Assembly: GCA_051362555.1 (NCBI GenBank)
Contig: CM120640.1
Coordinates: 26,930,003-26,994,002, forward strand
Length of the DNA: 64,000 nt
Origin: Lingula anatina
Taxonomy: Eukaryota; Animalia; Brachiopoda
Reading direction: 5' to 3'
The notes beneath the pieces were generated by a model. It was given only the letters and a program-made list of their open reading frames with translations. It had not been told where the DNA came from and did not search any database. Position numbers and translations under genes: made by a program. Positions 25,624 through 37,688 of this stretch are shown piece after piece (the first letter of the stretch is position 1; each line of letters opens with the position of its first letter).

Positions 25624-28600
25624 ATGGATGTTGGTTTGCTCTTATTGTTAGCTAGCAAATACTTTTTTATTTAGATTATGAATATTCTGTTTTTTGAGGT
25701 GATATTTCCCTATTATTGATTTTGAATTAGAAAATAAAATTAAGAATTTGCAATTTTCAGAAAAGTAAGAGAGGCAGCAAGCAGAGTGGTGGTAACTTTA
25801 ACATCGACAAAGAAAATCGCTCTCCTTAGATCAACATTTCTGCAACTGAATAAATATTTCCGCAGTGACAATGAAGAGCTTGCAGAGCTAGATGACAATG
25901 TTACTGCTCCCCAGGCCAAGCCCACCACCCCTGAACCTGTTAAACAGAAGACAGAAACTACAGCCAAGGTGAACCAGACAATTCAGCAAATGGCCAAGTG
26001 TACTCTATATTTACTTTGCAAAGAAGGTAATAATGATAATAATAAGTGGAATATAAAAAGTATTTAATTTTTTTAATAATGCAGTATATTTTGATGCTGA
26101 ATAAAGCAAAAACTTAATAAAGCTTTATGTTTACATAATTCAAATTCTAAAATGATTATGAAATGTAGGCCTTTTGTTCTGCATATTTCAGCTCGAATAG
26201 AAATGGATCCTCACAAAGAAGTGCAAGCAGTTCTTCTAAAGCCTTGCATAGACACAGATCCCACTCTGGTAGGGCTGGTGCAGAATCATGTCAACATCAT
26301 AGCTAACTTGGCCACGTTTCCACTAAACAGACCAAAGACTACCACATCTGAAGAACCCACTGTGGTAGATGTGGGAGATTTTAAGTATGTTTCCAACATA
26401 AACCAATTTTTGCCTGCATCTTTATATAGAATATATAAATAAAACTTTACAAAATTTTACAAAGAATTAGTTATAAATATGATGAAAGTCAATTATGTAT
26501 GTATCAGCTGCCTTATGTGTACCTGTACACAAAGAAATGAGTAATTATGTAACTGTGATATCTTTGAATTTAGAACAACCATAGTGCCTGCAATGAAAGA
26601 TAAAATATTCTGTTAAACATTTCAGGAAAAAGCAAAGGAAAGTTAACCACAGTGTAGTGAAAGTATTGATAGCATCTGGAGCGTTGTGTCTCATAGACTT
26701 ACTTTATGCCTATACATCCAAGCTCTTAGAGCCAAAAGTTCTTAATCATAGCAGCCCTCCAAAGAGTAATGGGCAGTCTCCCAATGGACAGAGCAGGGTG
26801 AGAGTCAAAGGTACACCTCCAGGCAAGAACAGTGTCCAAGGAATCAAAAAGACATCATCTCTTCTCTTTAATCCAAGGTGCAGTTTTAAAGAAATATTTG
26901 AAGAGAGTGAACAAGGACTAATTATATCCCTTATTTGTGCAATTAAACATTTTGCAGAATGTTCATCCACAACATGTTTTAACAGCATAGAAGAGGAGAT
27001 AAAGCTTAAGATGCTCAACCATAAATTAAAAGCCACTTGTAAAGCTAAAGGATTTCTGAACAATGCACAAGCTGGAGGTGAGGACCCAGGGTATCCAACC
27101 CAAGCATGGGGTCCAGTGACTTCCAACAGGCCTTCCAGTAGAGGTCCTACAGCCAGGCCTCTGACACCACAACAAACCGCAGATGTTTTTGGCAGAGTGA
27201 AAGAAAAAACAAAAGATTCTCTGAGAAAAATGCAGAGACCCAACACTGCCAATAAAGTTTGGGATCCTAAGAACCCTTTTCTCTCCTGCACTCTACATAG
27301 GGACCCCTTATTTACACTGGAGCAGGAGTACAATGAGAGGATAAAGAGAGAAATGGACTCCATGAGATTGAACACTAGAAAAATGTTATTTCAGAGGGGA
27401 TGTTTGGAAGCTGTGGGACCATGGTTAATTGCAAATGAAGTTGAAATTTTGGTAGGTTAAAGTAGTGTTACGCAATCTTAAAGTTTAATTTATCTGGCAC
27501 AAATTTGCTATAATGAAAACAATAGCATACCATATGCACAAACACTATACTATTCTATGTGTTACCGTATGCATGATGGAAATTTATCAGTTACATTCAC
27601 ATATCCAGGTTATGATAATTTCCATTTGGCAGTTTTAAAAGGGAAATAAAGGGGATATATTATTTTACAGTTATATTCAAAACATCTGTATTTTATAATC
27701 TTTCAAGGAACCAGTTGGAGACATCTTAAGGTACATGATACAGTCATTAGAAGAGAAGCATCTGCCTCACCCACCAACAGATAAGAGAACTGACAGAATG
27801 TCCAGAACTAGGTAAAAACATATTAAGACTGGGCAAGCTTTCCTCTCAAATATGCCCTTAACTTGTTTGTCTGCACTTCAGTGTTTTAGTTATTCGGACT
27901 TGATGTGACAACAAGTTTTTTTTCCTTTTTAAGACACATAAAGAAGTGCTTTTCAGCTTCCTCAAAATGTAGTGAGAAATGTATTGGAACCAGGTTGAAA
28001 ATTAATCTTTTCACTGTTTATAAACAAGATTTTATTTTAATTGTCTAGACCTGTGTCAGCTACAACACCCAAGGATCAAGAAGTGGTTCTGAACAAAGCT
28101 CTAAAACAGATGTCATCTAAGGTTGCTGAAATGGTTAGAGAAGCACTAGGTCCAAGAGCTGCATTTTCTCCATTGTTAAAACTCACTGAACCATCAGCAA
28201 AACTACGGCCATCAAGTGCAAAGGCGGTAATGATGACAGGTGATTTTGTACATTGGGACTTTCTTTTCATAACTCTCTTCTTATTTTTTTTCATAAAGCT
28301 AGATACTATTCATAATATTGGGACTTTCTTTTCATAATTCTCTTCTTATTTTTTTTTCATAAAGCTAGATACTATTCATAATATTGCACATACATGTTTT
28401 TGTTTTATTGTCAGGTAGAATAATATGTGAATAATTTTATTCTTTCTAATTTGACTTTTTCATAGTAGAGATGTCAACAGAATCCCATTATTGTGTTTAA
28501 ATTTTTTTTTTTATCAGAAACACCCAAAGCAGGGCAAGCTCTGAAACAACCAATTTCATGGAAGCCAAGTTTTGATCTTTCCCAAACTGTTGTACAGCAG

Positions 28601-30260
28601 TGCCAAAGGGGCATAGTGTTGAAAATTGGACCTTATATAGTGCAAGGTCTTACAAGCAGGCACAAGGCTGTCAGGAAGACATGTGTGTTCTTTATGAAGG
28701 ACCTAGTTGAATTTGAAGATGTAAGGCTGTATTAAGGGAGAACTAAAGTGGCTGTTTATAAGTTTAAAAGTGTGTGTGTATTCACAATGGAAATTAATTT
28801 GAAACAGCTTTGTCAGACTGTGACGTTATTAAATTCTTGGTTCTCTACACTAGTGGCTGCTGTACCTTTATATATATGTAACTCTGCTTTTTTGTAGACA
28901 TGGATATTAATGCAACTTTCTCATCTTGGGGTGATGAAGAAAATGGTCGACTTCCTTAGGGTAAATGATGATGATGAGTTACTGGAAGTTATGGGTAAAT
29001 ACCAGTAAATTCTTATTTACTGTATATTTTTTATATCATAACTTTGAACAAACATTTAATAAATATTAATTTCTTATTAGTCTAAAGGAAGAGAAATTTG
29101 TGATTTCTTTTATTAAAACTGTAAACTACATATAACATCTTCATAAAAAATTATAAATATTGATTCTATAAGAGATTTATATCTATAGAAAATTTCACTT
29201 TATCCTTGTTTTTTGAAGGATTGATAGTGGCAAGGATGCTGGTGAGTAGTGATGACAGGCTTGGGCAGTTATTTGATACACATGGGGGTCCAACTCTCCT
29301 GATGTCAATGGCAAGGAGGACTACTGGATTACTGAGAGATGAGGTGGGGCAGACACTGAAGTCTGTTACGCATGGCAAGTATATTGTTTCAGTTCAACTT
29401 ATTGCATAGGATCAGTGAGATCACAACAGCGCTTGCAGCTACATGTACAGTAGAAGTGCACAGGAGTATTCTGTATCTTCAATCAACAGTGCATTGTGCA
29501 CTGTCAATTAATTACAAAAAAAAAAAAAAGAGTCGCTGAGGCAGATTGTTTCTTTGTTTCTGTCACACATTTGTTGATGAATGTCAAAATATTAGTGAAT
29601 GTCTTGCTGAAGTTTGATTGGCTTTATTTGTTTTGGTTAGTTTGCTTACTGGACACACTTTTGGACAGCAGAATTATTTTAAACCTGCTATACAAATTCT
29701 TTGAATTCTGTATTCATGTCATCACTATCTGTGCAAATATGTTTGAATATTGTAAATGCTAATGTGCAGTCTAATTTCACTTTTGTACTTGCTGTATTTT
29801 ATTTTCTAATTTGATTTTATTTTCACATATTCAGGTCTGAAGAAGCAAAAGTACAAGCAGTTACAAAAAGCTACACAGCACCCTCAGAAAGCAGACATTT
29901 GGGATCGGGTAAGGTCCAACATAGATATGTACATGTTTGAAAATGTAATTGTTTCACACTTGCTGTATGAGCTAAATTTAATTTAAGCTACAACAGAGGC
30001 AATAGTGAAAAATTATTGAATCACAGATGGGATAACTAATTTGGAATAATTGCATAATAAAACTCTGTAATTCAACAAACTACATTAATCAATAAAAGAT
30101 ATTTATATTGATATATATTGTATTGATCTTTTCCTAAATGAGAAATTCTATTATTTTAATTTTTTTTAATTGTCAGGTTTTTCAAAAATGGCAGGAACAA
30201 GACAGAGTAACACAAATATTCCAGAGGCCATACATCTCACCTCAGCATCAGGTTTTATAG
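25624..30260 (+). CDS. Uncharacterised protein (~738 aa) with ARM/HEAT-like helical segments and RPxS/TA low-complexity linkers
   Basis: Eleven exons joining in frame: 25624-25646, 25761-26026, 26192-26384, 26626-27451, 27708-27811, 28049-28239, 28518-28720, 28898-28994, 29219-29374 (GC donor), 29835-29908, 30177-30260; total 2217 nt. ARM-like segments: LFQRGCLEAVGPWL, LSHLGVMKKMVDFL, FDTHGGPTLLMSMA. Gene model is well supported; function is unknown. Confidence 0.75.
28253..28387. repeat. Tandem duplication of ~67 bp in intron
   Basis: ATTGGGACTTTCTTTTCATAA..CTAGATACTATTCATAATATTG occurs twice head-to-tail. Confidence 0.85.
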
Positions 30261-30904
30261 AAACCACAACACTGATATGATCTTTCAACTTCTTGAAACT
30301 GTATGACATTTTAAAATATTTCAAAAAAAATATCCCAAGATTCCGAACAGATTAAAACAAAAATGTTTATTTGATGTGTTCTCATACATTTTTACTTTGC
30401 AAATTTGTTTGCAGGTGCCTGTAACCTGTGATGATCATTAGTTATTATAGCTTGTGATGTAATGTCCATATGATAGTACAAAATCATATCTTAAAACAGA
30501 TACACATTTAACTTTTTTGAAATAGCTAAAACTTATACAAATATGGATATCTTAAAAAGTGCAATTTTATTTACATTTAAGACATTTCTAGATATTGTTT
30601 TGCTAGAATTGTGAATAAGTGCAATAATTCTAGATATGACAGCTGGAGCAAAATGTACCAATTATTTAAATATTGAAGAATAAAGGTGTCTACATATCAG
30701 CATTGTATGTGTGTGCATGCATTTCTCCTACATTTATCTAACATCAAGACCTTTTGCTGGAAATGCCAGTGAAATAAATTAGCAATATAATGTTCTAAAA
30801 AGCAGCAAAAAAGTACTTTTGGCATTTTTGTACAACAAAAGTCAAATTCAAATCTCATATTAAAGTTGTTTAAATGAAATGAATAATTATTCCTTGTCAG
30901 AGAA

Positions 30905-33872
30905 TTATATTTCGAATTTGACTTGAATATCTGAATTCTTCATGTATTCTTCATGTACTTTATCAAACATTTCACTTTGGGCCACAGTGAAATAGTTCTT
31001 CCAGTCTCCCACAACACCTGAGGATCAAAATATCTTCAATTTTAAAACAATTACAACAAAACATACAACAAAACCGAACTGTGGGATAATTAGGGATATT
31101 GTAACCCTTGTGACCACTTGTCATCCAGATACCGAAAATGACTTCTTTCCTGCATCTAATTATTGAATAATGCATCTATCTTTGTGAGATGAAATATATG
31201 TGTAAGTGTTAATTAATTTAGTCACAGAACACTGAAGATTATTACTCAAAAGAATGTATGTAAACAGTAAATAAGGAGTTTTGGGAAAAGGGTGACAATA
31301 TCCTTTACTGGGTATATGAACAAAATAGTTTTCATATTTCTAGATCTTTTTCATAAGATACCTCCTTATAATCACTTAATTTAATTTTGTATTGCATTGT
31401 ATAAATAGAATTCCTTGATATTTTTGCTTTGTTGTTGCAATAAACATCTACACCTTTTCAAATGAGAAGATTTTGCAGACTTACCTTTTCTCATAAATAA
31501 TGTATATCTTGTATGTGACTTGGCATCTTTCACTGATTGAAAGTTGCACTTGTCAGCAACTTCCTTTAAGAACTGACTACTTCGAGGTAAGCAGAGATGT
31601 TCTGCTATTCTTCCTGCTTCCACTTCAAGGTTCTTGAAAATTAAACAAATGTTTATGATAGTCCTATTGTAAATCAAAATGATAAAAAACAATATCTATT
31701 TGAATTCTATCTTTTCAAAATATGTTAAACAATTTTTTGTGGAATTGCTTGGAAATAATTAAATATATACTACAAAAAATTGATAAATATGAAGTACTTA
31801 AAGAATTCCTTTTCTAACTGGAAAGTTATGGGCAGAATTATCTATTTGCAAATGCATCTCATATAATGAATAGAAAAAATATCTAGTATCATATTTTGAA
31901 TGATGTGATTTATTCACTTTCTACCAGGGTCACACATTTTTCACTATATATTTGCATATCTGGCTAATTCATGACACGATTCTTGCCCTGAAGAAAAATG
32001 CAAATAATTAGAGTTTTAAATAATTTGTAAAAGAGAACAACAAAACTTGTTCATTATTATCATGTTTAACTCAAACAGAATATGCATACCTGGATCATGT
32101 CTTCATAGGCCACAAAGAGAATGTTAGGGTTACTTTTAGCCGCTTCTCTCCACCCTAAAACATGTTCCCACCAGTTACCATATATTACTGTAAAATAATA
32201 ATATTAATAATCACTTTATGGTTCCATTCATTTAAATAGAAACACAGTCTACTTCTATGTTGTACCTTTTGAAATCTATATAAAAAACAAGAAACTTGAC
32301 AGCAAGTAAACAAATATTTTAAAGTTCTTTTATAGTTTGGATGATGAAACTAACATTGCCATAAGTATATCTTTTCTCTCAATTTGTAACTGGTTAATAC
32401 AAATGTTTACAACTTCAATCACCTTTCCCTGATAAAAACATGGGGAGAAAATCACTCCATTCCCCATTAAATTTTGCATATTGGTAAGTTTTGCAAAAGT
32501 TGTACAGTGAGACAGCAACATCTTTGGGGTTTCTGATGATATAAATCACTTTTGCATTGTTGAGCAAATCCTTGGGAGCATGTCTATGGTGAAGATGGGC
32601 TGCCAGAATTCTAGGAGTCGTCAACTGAGTTTCCAGGTATTCATGGCTTAGGCCTGACAGTGGAAAGTGTGACAGGGGGTAGTATTCAGTTTTGCCTTGT
32701 ATAAGCATGTGCATCACTTCCAGTGTCCAGTGGCAGCCTAAAAGAGAAGGTCAATGCACATTCAATAATTTTCCCAACAGGCACAAAATTTAACATATTT
32801 ATACAAGTAACGATGGAACAGGAATGGAAGTCCACTAGGAACAGCTAGTAGTCTGTTTCTCAATACTCCAACTAACGTTAACCTGTACTAAGCATATGGG
32901 ACCTGGGATTTCCATTCCTAGGACTAGCATTCCTGTCACACTGGGTCCATCTAACCTATGAATTTTGCAACATCAACACAATTTTGGAGATTTAAGAAAG
33001 GTGTCAAGCCAGATCAATTAATAGAGAGAAAAGAAATTTGTGTGCATGAATTGAGGGGGTTTTATGCTAAAGAAAAAGAAAAATAATTAATCTGTGGCCC
33101 TAGTAATGGGTAACGCTTCTCCACCCTCCCCTCATACGGTGATCACACACTCTCTCGTTGAAGGGTGCATATCTATATTCCAACGGCCTTTTGCTCCGAT
33201 GGTTTTTTGTTCCGAGGGACTTTTGTGTCAAAGGTTTTTTGCTCAGAAGGGCTGCTATTCCAAAGCCATAATGGGGTTGGTAATTCTGTACATGCAAGTA
33301 ATAACATTGCGTTTAAGCACAGCTAACCTCTTTTGGAACAGCAGACCCTTGGACTAAAAGTCATTGGGAATAACAGGCCCTCTAACCCTCAGAATATCAA
33401 ACCCTCAAAACAGCGGTCAATTTTTAAGCTTGTCTCCAACAATCTTCGGAATATACCGGTAGTACCCTCAGAACAATAAACCCGGAACAGGCCCGTAGCC
33501 AGCAATTTCAAAAGGGGGGTTCTTTTTCTGGAAAAGTGGACCTTTTTCTATAAAAACTTCATGTACCTAGATCAAATTTTACCCAAAGTGGACCTTTTCC
33601 CAGCAAAAAGGGGCGGTTCTTTCGAACCCCCCCAACCCCCCCTGGCTACGGGCCTGCGGAAGATGGGGGTTCAATATTTGTAGATTTGTTATTGCACATG
33701 TACCTGACTTGGGGAAACCACACAGGAATGTGTCAGAGTCACGGACAGGGATTTGCTGAAGAATATCAAGATTCTTGCCAATATCGGGGTAGCAGGGGAA
33801 ATACACTCCTTTCCATTCAATCAGCTGCGCTCTGGTACAGCCACTGGCATCTTCCAAGTCCTGTAGAGACAT
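30905..33872 (-). CDS. Cytosolic sulfotransferase (SULT1-like), ~280 aa
   Basis: Exons 33872-33704, 32737-32423, 32187-32090, 31632-31485, 31017-30905; total 843 nt. 5'-PSB loop GFPKSGCHW, 3'-PB motif IYIIRNPKDVAVSLYNF, YGNWWEHVLGW, LFVAYEDM, and C-terminal [23 protein letters not shown]. Confidence 0.93.
33175..33487. mobile_element. Degenerate foldback element with short inverted subrepeats, in SULT intron 1
   Basis: Left arm units such as TTGTTCCGAGGG and TTGCTCAGAAGGG; right arm has their reverse complements CCCTCAGAACAA, CCCTCAGAATA, CTTCGGAATA. Boundaries approximate. Confidence 0.45.
33488..33656. mobile_element. MITE with perfect 15-bp TIRs
   Basis: CAGGCCCGTAGCCAG (33488-33502) and CTGGCTACGGGCCTG (33642-33656); CGGAA is present on both flanks. 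Confidence 0.85.
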
Positions 33873-34149
33873 TCTTTCTGATTTCCACTTGAAGATTCCC
33901 TACAATATATTAAGTTATAGAAAACACTTACTTATCAAAAATTTGTGCTTCACCCAGCCCTATTCAATACAGGTATATATATACCAGTACGTGCAGTGAC
34001 TATATACCGGTATACAGTATTATTATTATTTACGTACCCTAACCTAGTAGTAACGGCGGTAGTATATTTCGACGGCTGGTCAGAACCTGACACGTAAGGC
34101 CGAAAACTGGGGTAAGCTAGTCAGCAGGTTGATGTGAACTATGCTGACA

Positions 34150-34460
34150 AGCAGTGTATTACGTAAATCACTCACGCCCGGCTGTCACCTTGTTCGATTC
34201 GCCATACTATCTTATCAATGTAATATATAAACAGGAGAGGCTTGAAGACTATCAGTAAGCCCTAAATCGACTATATCAAGAGCTCGTCCGGCCGATTTCA
34301 AATAATAATTTCTAGATACGATACGAAGAACGGGAAGTAAAGTGTCGAATCGCGAGCCCCGGTGAGTGGTCGAGACGGAAGTGCATTTGTGCGTGTATTG
34401 TGTATCGATGCATTTCTGGTGAGGCAGCACAGTAGGCCTACGTGCCAATGATTTCGGCGT
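34150..34460. promoter_or_regulatory. CpG-rich putative promoter region of the sulfotransferase
   Basis: CpG-rich relative to the window, with ETS-like GGGAAGT (34332) and CGGAAGTG (34376). A minus-strand donor GTGAGT at ~34175-34170 could splice to the acceptor at 33901-33900 ahead of the SULT ATG. Confidence 0.4.
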
Positions 34461-35589
34461 CGTTTATGCTTTTGTTTTATTATCTTTAAAAGATTAACTA
34501 GTTATGCTAATAATTCTGATGGAGTCCATCTGCATGTGTTGATAATGTCATAAGATTAAATGCTTCACATTTACATTAAATTAAAAAAGCTTTGCATTAT
34601 TCAGCGTAGAAAGTTAAAAGTGTAGTCTTAAAACGTGATATTATTGTACCTTGGCAGGGCAGAATATCTCAACAGTTGTTTTAGAGCACATGCCAAATCG
34701 ATTAATGAAAGAAGCCCCCCCTCCCCCCCATTTTGCTTGTTTGTACGAGAGTCTTGCGTAAATAAAACGTTTGAGGCCTAGATTCGCCCAGTTTCGGGAG
34801 GGGAACACCCTTTTGTCCGAGGTTCACCGGAGTTGCGAATGTGCCTGACAGCTGATGTTATAGTGAAGCCTATATAAAAGAAGAGTTACTGTCGCTTTGA
34901 TTAACATTTAATCAATAACACTTGGGAAATAACAACTGTCCTGACAAAATACGTATATGTTTCCCCGGTAAGTTGCCAAAACAGGTAGGCTCACGCCTCG
35001 ATCAGATGTAACGGCCCTAGGTCTCACTGAGATCCCTATATTTTTGCATGTGTAACTGCAAAATAAAAAGAAAATTTTGCTCAGAATTATTTTTAATAGA
35101 CACTAAAACTAATTATTTTAAGTCCAAAAACAGAATTTTATGCGCTTTGCAGGTGGGCCTATAATTTTGATTAGGGCCTACATTTGTAGAAAATAAAAAT
35201 GTTTAGGAATACATCTTCATTGTAATTTCTGTTTGCAAATTGACTCTGTTAAATCTCATGCAAATAGCCGATTGCACACTGTGGCTAAAACTCTAGTCAC
35301 AGAAAGTGATAAATCAAGCTTTTTGTGTAATCATGCAAACATTTTCCTATTAATTTTCCTGCTAGTTTGCACAGTTTTCATATCCAGTAACGAATGTTTG
35401 AGTGATAGAAGTTTTAAAAATAACAACTCTTTTGGATAATAGTCGAACGTTTGTAATGCTAACAAATATCAGTCTGCGCTAAAGGGGTATTACGAGATGC
35501 ACGTGTATTTCACTGATGCTCTTTGTCCTAAACGCCGACCCAAGTTGGCCTACATTTATATACAATGCCTGGAAAGGAAGGTTTTGCAA

Positions 35590-35591
<2 letters not shown>

Positions 35592-35637
<46 letters not shown>

Positions 35638-35658
35638 GGGGGGGCTTTTTTTTTTTTT
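35592..35658. repeat. (GT)n / poly-G / poly-T simple repeat
   Basis: Directly visible. Confidence 0.9.
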
Positions 35659-36895
35659 GAATGACAGGCCGCGGATACAAAGCCGCCTTGGTTCCCTGTA
35701 TGTAGTCCTTGCCATTTTAATGTCGACTGTTGAATTGCCCCAGTATGACCATATCAAGTCTTGATAAGCAGGGGCCCAAGAAGGGGGGGAGGGGCATAGA
35801 AAATGTAAAGCATGATTGGGTAAAGCAATAGCGGCGACGTGACATTAAGAAAAAAAAAAAAAGAAGAAGAAAAAAATAAGTAAATGCACTTCTTGCCGAT
35901 AATCCCACCGAGAAGATAGCACTTATTGATGAAAGGGGTTAGCTATTGACTCAATTTAAGTTAGATCTGTGGCGTAGCTGGTAAAAGATAGAGATCGATG
36001 ACCATTCCCACCTAAGCATCATTTTAATGACTTTTAAGTGAAGAGAAACGACGCAGATTTTATGACCAGCAATAAGTTGTCAAATTGCTTACTTATTCTA
36101 AAGAATGTACCTTTCTTTATGCAAAAGGTAATTTGTACGTACGGACCCAGAGCCTGCATTCCTTTGCATTCCTTTCTCGCGACTTTCCGATTCCGGGACC
36201 ATGCACGTCGTAGGCGTGACGGACTGTCATAATTATACATCATCGAGTATTTGAACTCGTGCACGCTGTCGAATGCGCTGTGACTGACCTGCCCAACATG
36301 CGTACGTACGTTTTCTTCTTATAGTAATTAAATGCAAATTTTAGAAATTGTTTCTAGCAAAAATGTTACATTGACATTTTAGAATTCGAACCTGCGTACA
36401 AATGCGTAACTGTGCCCAAGTGCAGCCGCGGAAGCTTTGTTGGTAAGCTTCAGATCAAATGGAAACTTTCTACCTAACGTATGGTCTGGCAAATGTATTT
36501 CATCCTGCGCAACGCCAGTCGACGAATATGGTCTTATCATCAACGTTGAAGTTCATGATGTACACAAGACCTTGTTTGAGAAGCCGACACGGAGCGTTCC
36601 TAGATTAATTAGGCCTACTTTTTTTCCTATAACTTTGTTTATTAATTGCTGAGCTTTAGCTTCACCTATGACGTTGAAGAGCCAAAGGCGGTCCACACCG
36701 GACGGTTTTGGTTTAAACAAACCCCCAAGAAGAGGGAATCATTAAAAAACGTTCTAATGTGTAAAAACTGGCTTGCTTAGGCCTACCATCCATGCCAGTG
36801 CGACGATGCGAATTTTGAGGAAAACATATTTGGAAAATAATTCCGCAGAGAATATATTACATTTGTCTGCTGAACACGGTTTACAGGTGGTATGA

Positions 36896-37193
36896 CAGGG
36901 GCGGATCCATGATTATTTGAATGGGGTGGAGGTGGACGTTTTTGTTAGGAAATGGCTGGCTTTGGATACAAAACCGAACATCGCTCTCCTTGGCGTCGGG
37001 CTCGCGGCCCGCTGCAGGGCCCCAAAATTTTTGGTGTTTTGGAGGGCAAATGGTGCCATTTGATATGGTTTAGAACTATGATTCAGCTAGTCAATATTGT
37101 AATTTCAAGAGGGGAATAGGCCTATTAGTGTGATTTTTACAGAAACCGAAGGGAGTTCAGAACCCCCCCTGACCCCCCCTAAATCTGCCATTG
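36896..37193. mobile_element. MITE with CAGGGGCGGATCCA-type terminus
   Basis: Left CAGGGGCGGATCCA and degenerate right CTAAATCTGCCATTG; same terminus type as 53438-53604. Confidence 0.55.
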
Positions 37194-37688
37194 TTATTTA
37201 TAAGAGATACAGTTTTGCCATGTTTTTTGTAAGACATTTGACTTTATCCCGTCACCATACCGTCTAGCTAATAGTGGATGTAACTGAATAAATTGAAATT
37301 TAAAAAAAATATTACAAAAACACCAGACAACTAAAAATAATGATACGCCTTTTTTCAATTTTTAAAAGCCTCCACCATTCTCTTGTTTTTAATTTCTCCC
37401 TCTACCGGTTATTTCTATTATTTAAAGACATTTTGAAATTTAAAAAAATACAGAAAAAACTCAACGCATGCTGCTTTTCGGTCGCGTTCAATGTTCATCA
37501 CCAGACGTGAAAAATCAAAAATCAAGAAGTTGCAAGTTATAACTTCTTGCAAAAATTGACCCACTCCAATGTCGTTCGTGCGCCACCCTCTTGCTGACGT
37601 CGCTCGTGAGCCGACGTCGACAACGTCGATAATTTTATAATGAGAATTTCTAAGCGTCATATTTTGTAGACTAGCAGGGCAATTGAAA

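Noticed and set aside
21820-27375. Antisense ORFs up to 209 aa (21820, 22393, 25740, 26746)
   Set aside because: Shadows of real plus-strand exons with no independent motifs or splice logic.
34625-34670. TACCTTGGCAGGGCAGAATA, resembling the U1 snRNA 5' end
   Set aside because: Similarity ends after ~15 nt; no stem-loops or Sm site.
35965-36010. A-box-like TGGCGTAGCTGGT suggesting a tRNA or SINE
   Set aside because: No B-box at suitable spacing and no cloverleaf.
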